Part shown: positions 8,517 to 16,406 of the stretch, piece after piece | How positions within the stretch are numbered: the stretch's first letter is position 1 | How the letters are laid out: each line of letters starts with the position of its first letter | Source of the DNA: a virus | Virus record (IMG/VR): IMGVR_UViG_3300009502_000203 | Coordinates: 1 to 23,913 of that record | DNA: 23,913 nt | Reading direction: 5' to 3' (one strand) | Made by a program: the position numbers and the translations under genes | The notes under the pieces: model-generated | The model's database searches: none | Told to the model about the DNA's origin: nothing | What the model saw: only the letters and a program-made list of their open reading frames with translations

Positions 8517-8745
8517 ATGACATTTACAGATAAGCCTACACAAAGAAAGAAGAGCATTAGACCGGATCTATGTAGCCGTTCTTTGGACAGCCAAGAAGGT
8601 ATTAACTGATTTTCAGGAAAAGGGACGCATCTCTCCTCAGGGAGATACGCTAAACGACTTGCTCTTGGATTGCAAGAAGGTCAAGGAGGGGATCAAGGAG
8701 CTAGAAATCCTACTAACTGAAGTAAAAGAGCAAACCGTCAATTGA
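8517..8745 (+). pseudogene. Frameshifted paralog of the 4308 regulator, with its promoter (homology from ~8434)
   Basis: ATG 8517 gives MTFTDKPTQRKKSI. After a +1 shift (ATT-A-GAC) it reads DRIYVAVLWTAKKVLTDFQEKGRISPQGDTLNDLLLDCKKVKEGIKELE, matching ERLNVTVLATAKNVLSDFQEKGGYASQGDALNDLLLDYGRLQERVKELE. Upstream CTAACAGT.CC.TAAAGATGCAAA...CTTAAAT is conserved. Confidence 0.85.
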
Positions 8746-8777
8746 ATTATATTAATTATATAATAAGTGATGACACT

Positions 8778-9416
8778 GCACTTCCAGCTATCCCGCCACA
8801 GCTGTGATCACCGAGGAGAGAGGGTGGGGTCCGGGGAAAGAAAGCTGAGGGCCTTCATGACTGATGCCATATTCTCGATCAAACACCGCTACGCAGAACG
8901 CATTTACAGCGGCCATAAGAGCGTAGAGCTGCGGTGGACGGCTCCGAAGACGCCCATAGAGCAGGCCTGGATCTACGAAACAGCGCCGGTGAAAAGGATT
9001 ACAGGCTGGTTTGAACCCGGCCTGATTCATCCACCGATGGACTGCGAGGCCCTCCTGGAGAGGTTCGGAGAGGATAAATGCCTGGGAATGCAGGTCATCG
9101 GGACCAAGGAGGAGCGACTCCAGGCGATGATCGAGGCCCTGGGAGACAAGCCTCTGCATGCAATCAGCATCAAAAGAGCCCAACGAATACGCCCTGTGGA
9201 GCTTCGCTTCAGGCCACCGCAAAGCTGGATGTACTGCAGGAAGACAGAAAAGCTCGGTTAGAAGTGCCTCCAAAGATCGCAAGCGTGGTGCTGGGCGCTG
9301 AGCAGGCCATGAAGCACGAAATTATCCCGGCCTGCCAGAAACGGCTACATCCCGCACTCCCGGCTATCCCGCCGCCGCGGCCGTGACCATCGAGGAGAGA
9401 GAGTGGGGTCCGGGGA
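8778..9416 (+). repeat. Imperfect ~60-bp direct repeats (8778-8837 and 9354-9416) flanking the ASCH gene
   Basis: GCACT.CC.GCTATCCCGCC...GTGA.CA.CGAGGAGAGAG.GTGGGGTCCGGGGA occurs in both copies. Positions 9434-9456 also match ASCH 9151-9173 (22/23). Confidence 0.85.
8857..9261 (+). CDS. ASCH (PUA-like) domain protein, 134 aa
   Basis: IFSIKHRYAERIYSGHKSVELR, WIYETAPVKRITGWF and C-terminal RPPQSWMY are ASCH signature motifs. The likely start is ATG 8857. Confidence 0.85.
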   Translation: MTDAIFSIKHRYAERIYSGHKSVELRWTAPKTPIEQAWIYETAPVKRITGWFEPGLIHPPMDCEALLERFGEDKCLGMQVIGTKEERLQAMIEALGDKPLHAISIKRAQRIRPVELRFRPPQSWMYCRKTEKLG

Positions 9417-9501
9417 GGGGGAGAGGAGAAATGCCTCTGTATGCAATCAGCATCAAGGAGCCAAGTGAATTAGCCCGGTTTGGCTTCGCATCCGGTCACC
9501 A

Positions 9502-10284
9502 TCACAAATACGCGCACACCGCCCTCACCTTCGTCTTCTGCTCGGTTCCCTTGAAAGTTATCGCCGTCATGGATGCCTGACCCGTCTTGCAGTTCAGGTA
9601 ATACGTCCCCTTGGCCGCCAGATCCAACAGATAGCCATAGAGGCTAACAGACCCCCTCAGAGAGACACCGGAGCTGATGCCGATCTTCGTCGTAGTCTCC
9701 TTATTCACCTCTGAATTGGCAGCCGTAGACAACGTTGCGAAGACATCAAGTGCTCCCGCCGCGGCCCTCGTGACTTCCAGCTCTGCAGCGTACTCTACCC
9801 TCCAGCGACCAATAGGAATCGTCAAAGATCCGCCCTTATTATACCAGGTTCCAGCCGCAGGCGACGCTTGAGAGCTATCCGATGTCACCAGGCTCTCGAC
9901 CCTCCATTTGGCTTCATCCACCGGGAATCCATAGGGCGCTTTTGCCATCGAGAAATAGGGCTCGATGATCCGGGAATTGGCCAGGCTGTAATCCGTGCCT
10001 GCATAGAGTGTAATCGTGGTGCTGGGTGCTGAGTAGGCCACGCCTGTGATGATGAAGTATGAAGTTATCCCGGCCTGCTGGAGCCTGACTCTCATTCCTT
10101 TTCCGTACTTCCAGGAGAGGTCTCCAGGCACGGTCAGAGTATAGGTCTTAACTGCAGCATCTGCGCCGGCATAAGTCCAGGACTCCTCCACCGCCGAGAT
10201 CCAGCCGCCATTATAGGCGTCCTCCAGGCGGCGGATTTTCTCCAGGAGGCTTTGCATCTGCTCAGATATCGCTTGCGAATCCAT
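9502..10284 (-). CDS. Putative tail fibre / receptor-binding protein, 260 aa
   Basis: Last gene of the structural operon. Short N-terminal coiled coil followed by beta-rich, Ala/Thr/Ser/Gly-rich domains. Confidence 0.55.
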   Translation of the reverse strand: MDSQAISEQMQSLLEKIRRLEDAYNGGWISAVEESWTYAGADAAVKTYTLTVPGDLSWKYGKGMRVRLQQAGITSYFIITGVAYSAPSTTITLYAGTDYSLANSRIIEPYFSMAKAPYGFPVDEAKWRVESLVTSDSSQASPAAGTWYNKGGSLTIPIGRWRVEYAAELEVTRAAAGALDVFATLSTAANSEVNKETTTKIGISSGVSLRGSVSLYGYLLDLAAKGTYYLNCKTGQASMTAITFKGTEQKTKVRAVCAYL

Positions 10285-11587
10285 CGTACAGGGTCAACTC
10301 CATCACATCAGAATTCAGGGCGCTCTCGAAGGCTTTGTTCAGGATCCTCATGTCGTACTGGCCGTTATAGGGAGGCGAGGAGATCGTCACCCTCACGAAA
10401 TCACCGCATTGCAGGGTGTAGTCCGGCCTGGTCCAAATCTTCAGATAACGCTCATCGCAGGTCTGGCCAATCATGGCCGAGGTGCAGCGGAAGACCTGAT
10501 CATAGCTCATGGAAATGTCGCTGGTTACGTGCTCCTTCCAGACTCCGGCAGAAGGAGAGTAGTTGCCAGTATGATAATCCCGGCCAAAGCGTGCAGGCGG
10601 CCAGAAGCTGTAGCCAAAGGTGCAATCCCGGCCCTTCATGACCACGGAATCAAAGCCATAATTAGCAGCATCAAGAGTTCCAACCTCGAAATCAACCAGA
10701 TCTGCCTCAATGTAGGCCTTGACCGGGTTATCATACCAGCCGTTATAGAGCTGCAGATCACATCTCAGCTCCTGATCCCCATCGGAGCGGTTGACAAAAT
10801 TCCACTCCAGGCCCTCATGAGACATGACACGGTTGAGAGTGGTGATCAGCCTTTCATGCACAGCGGGAACGCCGGGACTGGAGAGATTCCAGGTGGGCAT
10901 GGGCGAGCCTTTGCAAAGGTGTGCATTCTTGTAGTTCAAGACGTAGCAGGGATAGTTCTTGGGATTGCCCTCCGGATCAGCTACGCCCGTTCTGACATAC
11001 AGATAATCGGTATCTCTAAACCACTGATTAACGGCCATGCCGGCCAGAGATGCGGCCTGTGTCAGCAAAGTGGTGCCCAAATAAACGGCGGGAGTGGGCA
11101 CCGGGATTCTCTGAGGAAAGCCGGTCCCGGTGTAGTAAGGGGCGCTGTAGGTTCCTGCCGGCGCACCCATAGAGGAAGCATCCTGCCAATTTGGAGGCAT
11201 GAGGGAACCGGCCTGGAAGAGTATTCCCTGGCTGGCCACAGTATCTCCGAAGATGTTGCTTATGGCGTCATTACTCGTATAGGCCCGCACATGCGGAAAA
11301 CGATGATGCAGTATGGCCGAATGGCCCAGGCAGTGGTACTCCTGCGGCTTCTTTGACTTGAAAGACGGCCTCGAAATCTTATCAAACCAGCCGCAGAAGA
11401 CGGGCATGGTTTCACCGGCCTTGGTTACATTGATCTTGGCCCGCTCATCCACAGTCTGCCCGTCGAAGCACTGGAAAGAAAGCCTCTGGTGGCCCATATG
11501 CGGCCAATCGGCCCGGTACTCGATTGGCTTGAGGCTTAAGGTAGAGCCATCCGGATTGGTGGCCACGAAACTCAAATCAGTCGGCAT
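10262..11587 (-). CDS. Putative tail-tip hub (Tal/gp27-like) protein, 441 aa
   Basis: Position before the fibre-like gene; beta-rich N- and C-termini (LQCGDFVRVTI...YDMRIL...MELTL) resemble hub proteins; GAGGTGA RBS. Confidence 0.5.
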   Translation of the reverse strand: MPTDLSFVATNPDGSTLSLKPIEYRADWPHMGHQRLSFQCFDGQTVDERAKINVTKAGETMPVFCGWFDKISRPSFKSKKPQEYHCLGHSAILHHRFPHVRAYTSNDAISNIFGDTVASQGILFQAGSLMPPNWQDASSMGAPAGTYSAPYYTGTGFPQRIPVPTPAVYLGTTLLTQAASLAGMAVNQWFRDTDYLYVRTGVADPEGNPKNYPCYVLNYKNAHLCKGSPMPTWNLSSPGVPAVHERLITTLNRVMSHEGLEWNFVNRSDGDQELRCDLQLYNGWYDNPVKAYIEADLVDFEVGTLDAANYGFDSVVMKGRDCTFGYSFWPPARFGRDYHTGNYSPSAGVWKEHVTSDISMSYDQVFRCTSAMIGQTCDERYLKIWTRPDYTLQCGDFVRVTISSPPYNGQYDMRILNKAFESALNSDVMELTLYDGFASDI

Positions 11588-11595
11588 TTTTCACC

Positions 11596-12615
11596 TCAAG
11601 GCGCTATGGTGTAGCTGATTGTGGTCGTAGCGTCATAGCCGCCCTTTTCGGCGTGCTTTCCATCAATCACCTGCACCTTCAGGCCATTTGTCCCGCTGTC
11701 GGCCAGCGTGGGCTTCCAGCTCGTCCAGTTTCGACTCTGCCAGCCTGAGAGGTCCTTCCAATAAGAGGCTCCAGGCGGCTGATGCAAGAACTTGTAAAAC
11801 AGCTCGTTGCCATCAGCGTCCGTTGCGGTGCAGATCAGCTCGATCTCCAGGCCGGGAGGCTGGGGGCTGGCGAGCGAGGGCATGAGACTCGTAATTGTTG
11901 GCACCGCCTGGGCGGTTGCAGTGATTGTGTAGCTTATCGACGTTGATTGATCCGCAGCCCCTTTGTTGATGCCTCCCCGGATTTCTATGTAAATTGTGGA
12001 TACACCTACATCGGCCTCAGTAGTCCTCCAGCTTAAGCTGTTTCTCGATTGCCACTCAGACATATCCCGCTTAACCCCACCAGTGCCAGGACCAGTTATG
12101 AGAAATCTATACTCAAGTCCTTGATTAGGAGACGCGATCGCTGTAAAAACAATCTCACTTGTTGCCGCTTTTGGGCTCGCCTGAGATGGAGTTATTGTTA
12201 AGGTAAAAGTGCTTTTGATATGACAAGACACTTCCATCTTGCACCTGTAGCCTTTGATTATGGCATCGTAGGCCACAACGCCAAATATTTTAGTAACTGT
12301 GACACCACTAAATCCATCATCAAGAATCTGGCGCACTGCATCGGCAATCAGAGCGCAATACTCAGCGCCGCCGTCGCCAGCAGTCCCTTTTCTAGTCCTG
12401 ATATCCACGATAAAAACTTGATCTGCAGAGAGAATCTGGCCGTGCAAGTCCGAAAGTTCGCAGGAGATCTGGCTTTTATTTACATCTCCACTCAAATCTA
12501 CTACACTGGCAGAGATGGCTTTGTTCTTATAAATCTTTGAATTAACTAGCGTGCAGAGGGCCAAATTGCCGGTTAAGGCGGCAAGCAAATTATCAAGTGG
12601 TGTGTAGCCTGTCAT
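11596..12615 (-). CDS. Tail-terminator-like domain fused to two Y_Y_Y (Ig-like) domains, 339 aa
   Basis: Residues ~1-136 follow the terminator pattern (LLAALTGN.AL..LVNSKIY...IVDIR...IADAVRQIL). Two repeats follow: SP......EI.F.A.A......LEYRF...GP...W...S.WQSRN..SW..T.AD.G. Confidence 0.6.
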   Translation of the reverse strand: MTGYTPLDNLLAALTGNLALCTLVNSKIYKNKAISASVVDLSGDVNKSQISCELSDLHGQILSADQVFIVDIRTRKGTAGDGGAEYCALIADAVRQILDDGFSGVTVTKIFGVVAYDAIIKGYRCKMEVSCHIKSTFTLTITPSQASPKAATSEIVFTAIASPNQGLEYRFLITGPGTGGVKRDMSEWQSRNSLSWRTTEADVGVSTIYIEIRGGINKGAADQSTSISYTITATAQAVPTITSLMPSLASPQPPGLEIELICTATDADGNELFYKFLHQPPGASYWKDLSGWQSRNWTSWKPTLADSGTNGLKVQVIDGKHAEKGGYDATTTISYTIAP

Positions 12616-12622
12616 CGTTTCC

Positions 12623-12943
12623 TCAGATCATTGATTGCCCTAAGTATGCCTTCCTCATCTGTTCCGTTCCCATGCTTGGGTCTTTGCCAAGGCCAATTAC
12701 CGGCCAGGAGAAGCCGCCACGTGTGATTAGGTCGTCCTTTTGAATAGGGCTTGAGGTCAGGATATAGGCAATCTGTTGCAACTGCCTGCCTTCGTCGCCC
12801 TGAAATGACTTGACCTCATCGTACCACAAAACAGTGATTGTAGAATCTGAGTAAACCGGATCAACATTTGCATCTACGCCGGTTTTGTGCCGCCAGATAA
12901 CATATTCACCCATTGAATCAAGGTATGCATCCAATAAGCCCAT
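12623..12943 (-). CDS. Putative head-closure (stopper, SPP1 gp16-like) protein, 106 aa
   Basis: Size, position and the pattern V.WR.KTG.D....PVY...I...W...YILT..PIQKDDLI..GG.SW.V. Confidence 0.65.
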   Translation of the reverse strand: MGLLDAYLDSMGEYVIWRHKTGVDANVDPVYSDSTITVLWYDEVKSFQGDEGRQLQQIAYILTSSPIQKDDLITRGGFSWPVIGLGKDPSMGTEQMRKAYLGQSMI

Positions 12944-12997
12944 TGAATATCTCTCCCTAAAAATTATAGACGAGCATCGGGAAGTCCGAGAAGGCGC

Positions 12998-13270
12998 TCA
13001 TACCTTTCCCACTATCCAACCGATTGCAGCGAAGGCTGAACCCACGAGCCCCCATTTCAAGACGCCGTTCCGGCCCAGCCAGGAGAATGTGCATCGGGAG
13101 GCTTTGAAAACGAAAAGATATTTGTCGCCTTCATCCAGTCGGGCAAATATCTTATCATGCTCATTCTTGTTGCTCGTTGTCAGGCAGTTGACAGCCTGCA
13201 CGACCTGTCCGAGGATGATATCTCGGCTACATTCAGGAGGGATCTTGATGGCCGGGTCTTGGTCGTCCAT
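12998..13270 (-). CDS. Small membrane protein with C-terminal TM helix (holin/egress-like?), 90 aa
   Basis: Helical N-terminus plus the TM segment GVLKWGLVGSAFAAIGWIVGK. Confidence 0.6.
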   Translation of the reverse strand: MDDQDPAIKIPPECSRDIILGQVVQAVNCLTTSNKNEHDKIFARLDEGDKYLFVFKASRCTFSWLGRNGVLKWGLVGSAFAAIGWIVGKV

Positions 13271-13282
13271 GCGCCCTCATGC

Positions 13283-13477
13283 TCATGCATTGTGTGTGGC
13301 GGTGATCTTGCGCAGGCCTGCCATCAGCAGAGAACAAACTATGAGAATCGTCTGAGGCTCTATGCCTGTCTGCTGGCCCACGAAGGCAGCCGCGCCAGGA
13401 TCGATGTAGCCTACCAGACCGATCAGAAAAAGGGCAGCAGCGGCGATGTAGGTCCTATATCCTTCCAGATTCATCAT
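13283..13477 (-). CDS. Small two-TM membrane protein (holin-like), 64 aa
   Basis: GYRTYIAAAALFLIGLVGY...ILIVCSLLMAGLRK; GGAGGTGG RBS. Confidence 0.65.
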   Translation of the reverse strand: MMNLEGYRTYIAAAALFLIGLVGYIDPGAAAFVGQQTGIEPQTILIVCSLLMAGLRKITATHNA

Positions 13478-13684
13478 CTATTCCACCTCCCACACAAGCC
13501 ATCCTTTGGCCACGTAGAATTCTATCTGCTCATCTGAGAAGTCGAGGGCATTGTACCATGGGCCCTTTTCACCGGTGCCCTCCAGGATAATTAGTTCCTC
13601 GTTCTCGTTCTTGCTCAGGCTCTTTGGGCCGAAATCGCCCCTATTGATTCCGCCTTTCTTTTGACAATAGAATTTTTGTGACAT
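13478..13684 (-). CDS. Hypothetical virion-module protein, 68 aa
   Basis: Adjacent and co-oriented with its neighbours; GAGGTGA RBS. Confidence 0.6.
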   Translation of the reverse strand: MSQKFYCQKKGGINRGDFGPKSLSKNENEELIILEGTGEKGPWYNALDFSDEQIEFYVAKGWLVWEVE

Positions 13685-13692
13685 GTATCAAT

Positions 13693-14187
13693 TCACCTCA
13701 TTCTCGCTCCCCGGTACTTTCTCAAAAGTTTCCTGGCCACTGAGCTAAGCAAGCACTGACTGCCCGCACCTACTACAAAAGTCTCTGACAGTTTGCCTGC
13801 GACTGTAAAGGACTGCACGCCCTCATCTTGTAACCTCTTGCGGCCTCCTATGCCGACACGGTAGATCTCTAATGCCTCTTCGATGCACGCAGATTTCACA
13901 TCCTGGGGGACTATTGCAAGCCCGCTGGTGCTGTTGTAGTCCAGAGTCACGCCATCGATAATTCTGGGGAATGCCCGTTTCTGATCCAGTACACCCGCGG
14001 TTATTCCTGGATCATATTTTTTGCCCCGATAATTCCAAGAATCAATAGCCTGAGTGGCTCTGTTTAAGTAAGAGGTCATCTGTTGATCTGCCAGTGCCTG
14101 GAATTCTGCGGCCCGGTCATCTCCTACTAAGTAGGTTGCAGTCTCGGCCAAAGTCACATAGGCGTCTAATACGGGTAGTTCGACCAT
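13693..14187 (-). CDS. Head-tail connector/adaptor ('DnaT-like' adaptor family), 164 aa
   Basis: AYVTLAET..YL, L.RATQAIDS..YRG.K, Q.RAFPR, VPQDVK.AC.EEAL and VARKLLRKY are typical adaptor motifs. Confidence 0.75.
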   Translation of the reverse strand: MVELPVLDAYVTLAETATYLVGDDRAAEFQALADQQMTSYLNRATQAIDSWNYRGKKYDPGITAGVLDQKRAFPRIIDGVTLDYNSTSGLAIVPQDVKSACIEEALEIYRVGIGGRKRLQDEGVQSFTVAGKLSETFVVGAGSQCLLSSVARKLLRKYRGARMR

Positions 14188-14205
14188 GATGCACCTAAAA
14201 AAAGA

Positions 14206-14388
14206 TTATTTGCCGAGGCCGGTCTTGCTCGGCTTATCTTCCTTCTCGCCCTTGTCTATCTCTTTGGGATGATCTTCTTTTGCTGGCCTGATCTCATATT
14301 TCTCAGGATATTTCTGTAGGTGCTTGAGAGTGCCCTCATCTGAGATCTCCCAGACAGTCTTTTCGATCTTGTTAAAGACTCTGACTAT
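14206..14388 (-). CDS. Small charged protein, ~60 aa, possibly from an ATA start
   Basis: Reads (I)VRVFNKIEKTVWEISDEGTLKHLQKYPEKYEIRP. AAGGTGT plus a 4-nt spacer precedes ATA 14388, which overlaps the upstream TAG. Confidence 0.55.
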   Translation of the reverse strand: MVRVFNKIEKTVWEISDEGTLKHLQKYPEKYEIRPAKEDHPKEIDKGEKEDKPSKTGLGK

Positions 14389-14822
14389 CTTAACACCTTC
14401 AGAATGACCATAGTGGCCGTGGTTACGTTTGTAGTCGAGAACTTGAGATACTTGGTAGTGTTCAGGAACCGGGCTGACTCCAACGGGCCGCACAGGACCG
14501 AGCGGTTGACTATAAGAGGGATTGCCAGGTTGCCTATCTCGGCCCGGAATGCAGGCGGGTTATTTCCGGCCAAGATGTTCAGTTTTGGACTTGTTCCTAC
14601 AGTTGTAGCGTTGATAATCACGAAATACGTGTAGGCGCTATCGTAGGCGATATACTTTGTATTCGTGCTCGTGGGTGCAGCACTCCAATAGGCAGCCGTG
14701 ACATAACTATTCTCACCCGTTAGTGTCCCGGCAGCCGTGAGCGCGGTATCTGTAGCCTGTACCTCTGCCATACCGGCTAGAAGTAAAGCACCGGCTAGCA
14801 AAAAATATAGAATCCTATTCAT
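14385..14822 (-). CDS. Post-MCP capsid-decoration-type protein carrying an N-terminal signal peptide, 145 aa
   Basis: The C-terminal LAG..PPA.RA..G.L...GPLESARF motif resembles genes that follow P22-like MCP genes in actinobacterial prophages (from recollection). N-terminus MNRILYFLLAGALLLAGMAEVQA|TD. Confidence 0.7.
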   Translation of the reverse strand: MNRILYFLLAGALLLAGMAEVQATDTALTAAGTLTGENSYVTAAYWSAAPTSTNTKYIAYDSAYTYFVIINATTVGTSPKLNILAGNNPPAFRAEIGNLAIPLIVNRSVLCGPLESARFLNTTKYLKFSTTNVTTATMVILKVLR

Positions 14823-14835
14823 CTTATCCACCTCT

Positions 14836-15705
14836 TTAGCTGAAGTTGCAGGTCATAACGCCCAAGCATGCCGGCTTCACTACTTTTCTGCCGAACACGT
14901 ACTCCCCATCTACCTTTCTGGCATACTGCTTTTCCATAGTCATGATACGAGTATCTTCTACCTGAGATGCGAAGGTTATGGCCTGCTTGGTGCCGAACAG
15001 GATCTTGTTCAATGTTCCGTTGGTGTTAGGCACGTTGTTGGATACCAGTAGCTCAAATCCTCCGATGCGGCCAATCGAGCCGTTTAAGATTGCCGGAGTT
15101 GCCACAGTTGGCGCGCTGGAACCCTGATCGTGCAGGTCGTTTACAATCAGTGCCTCCATCTCAGGAGGTATGATCATCCACTTGGGCATGGCTGCCGGCA
15201 CTTTGGACTTTTTGAGCTTGGTTCCGCAGTCCGTGATTAACTTGAATATGTTGGAAGGATCGGCCTTCGTTACATTAGGAGTCTTGGGTGCTGCGTCCGT
15301 GCCCACCAGATTAGAGGCACTGGCATCGACATAAGAAGAAGCCACAGCCAAATCTACTGCATCAGCCACAGCATAAGCTGCCTCTATGTTGACCTCATCC
15401 ATTAGGTTAATTAGGGTCTGCTCTTCATCTTTCTTGGGGATCTTGAAGTTGTAACCCTTATGAAAATCGATCACAAGATGGGTATCTGTATCCGCAATGA
15501 TTTCAGGGTCGGGCATGTCGACATTATCAGTTACATCGAATACAGTAACTCCGCCGATGCCGGTTAGGCGCACACTCTTAGCGTACTTTACTGATCCCTC
15601 ATAATTGCGATTAATCACGCCTTCCTGGGCAAAAACTAATACAGATTGTAGCTGGTGTTGAACTTCCAGCGCGACTCTTTCTTCTTTAAACGCTTCATAA
15701 GCCAA
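14836..15705 (-). CDS. Major capsid protein (HK97 fold, P22 coat-like family), 289 aa
   Basis: VINRNYEG...SVRL..IG.VTV..., LVID..K..NFKI, AAYAVADAVD, WMIIPP, G.IGRIGGFELLVSNN and YVFGRKVVKP. TTG start behind GAGGTGG. Confidence 0.9.
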   Translation of the reverse strand: MAYEAFKEERVALEVQHQLQSVLVFAQEGVINRNYEGSVKYAKSVRLTGIGGVTVFDVTDNVDMPDPEIIADTDTHLVIDFHKGYNFKIPKKDEEQTLINLMDEVNIEAAYAVADAVDLAVASSYVDASASNLVGTDAAPKTPNVTKADPSNIFKLITDCGTKLKKSKVPAAMPKWMIIPPEMEALIVNDLHDQGSSAPTVATPAILNGSIGRIGGFELLVSNNVPNTNGTLNKILFGTKQAITFASQVEDTRIMTMEKQYARKVDGEYVFGRKVVKPACLGVMTCNFS

Positions 15706-15714
15706 AGTACCACC

Positions 15715-16323
15715 TCATTCTCTTACTCGTCCTTCTGCTTCTGCTCGCTTAATATCGGCTAGCACTTCCGCAGTTATGGTTCCAGTCTTGCGAAGTTCCC
15801 GGACCTTTGCCGCAGTCCAAATTGTCTTTCCCTGCTGGTCTCCATTCTGCAATCCCTGGTTCCCAGCTCCGTGTGCATTTCCTCCACCTCCTTGTGCAGC
15901 CCCGTTACCCTGCTGGCCTTGCTGTTGCTGTCCTTCCTGGGGCAGCATTTTGGCCAGAGCCAGGGCTTCAAGGCTGGCGTTGATCTCAGTAGGGGTCGTT
16001 CCGGCAATGTTCAGGAATTGCAGCAGTACCGGGATCTGACCCGATGGAACATTGCGCTGCATGAGGGCCTTCATCTTGGCCAGTTCCAGGTCAGCACCCT
16101 TTAGCGTCTCGCCCTTCGGCTCCTCTTTCGGCTTCTTGCCGGCTGCCAGGAGAGCCTTTGCTTCTGCTAGCGGCATTCCGAGCGCAGTTTCGAGGTCTGC
16201 TAAACTCATGTTATCCTCTTTTTGCTGATTCCCTTCTGGACCAGCTCCTTGGCCCTGGTCTACCTGGCCCTCTTCTTGACCCTGGTCTACCTGGCCGTCT
16301 CCTGCGTTTTCTTCATTTTCCAT
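15715..16323 (-). CDS. Capsid scaffolding protein, 202 aa
   Basis: Directly before the MCP. Acidic Q/G low-complexity segments (GQVDQGQ twice), helical core and C-terminal IKRAEAEGRV. Confidence 0.75.
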   Translation of the reverse strand: MENEENAGDGQVDQGQEEGQVDQGQGAGPEGNQQKEDNMSLADLETALGMPLAEAKALLAAGKKPKEEPKGETLKGADLELAKMKALMQRNVPSGQIPVLLQFLNIAGTTPTEINASLEALALAKMLPQEGQQQQGQQGNGAAQGGGGNAHGAGNQGLQNGDQQGKTIWTAAKVRELRKTGTITAEVLADIKRAEAEGRVRE

Positions 16324-16406
16324 TGGATTTTCTCCGTTCCTAACTTGTCGTATTCACTGTCTTTACTAACGAAAAAAAATAGAATTTATGATTTTAAAAA
16401 TGAGGC

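Noticed and set aside
10409-11356. 315-aa plus-strand ORF
   Set aside because: It is an antisense shadow of the hub-like gene, with no motif, RBS or operon context.
16243-16290. 17-bp direct repeat CCCTGGTCTACCTGGCC in the scaffold gene
   Set aside because: It is a coding low-complexity duplication (GQVDQGQ twice), which is ordinary for scaffolds.
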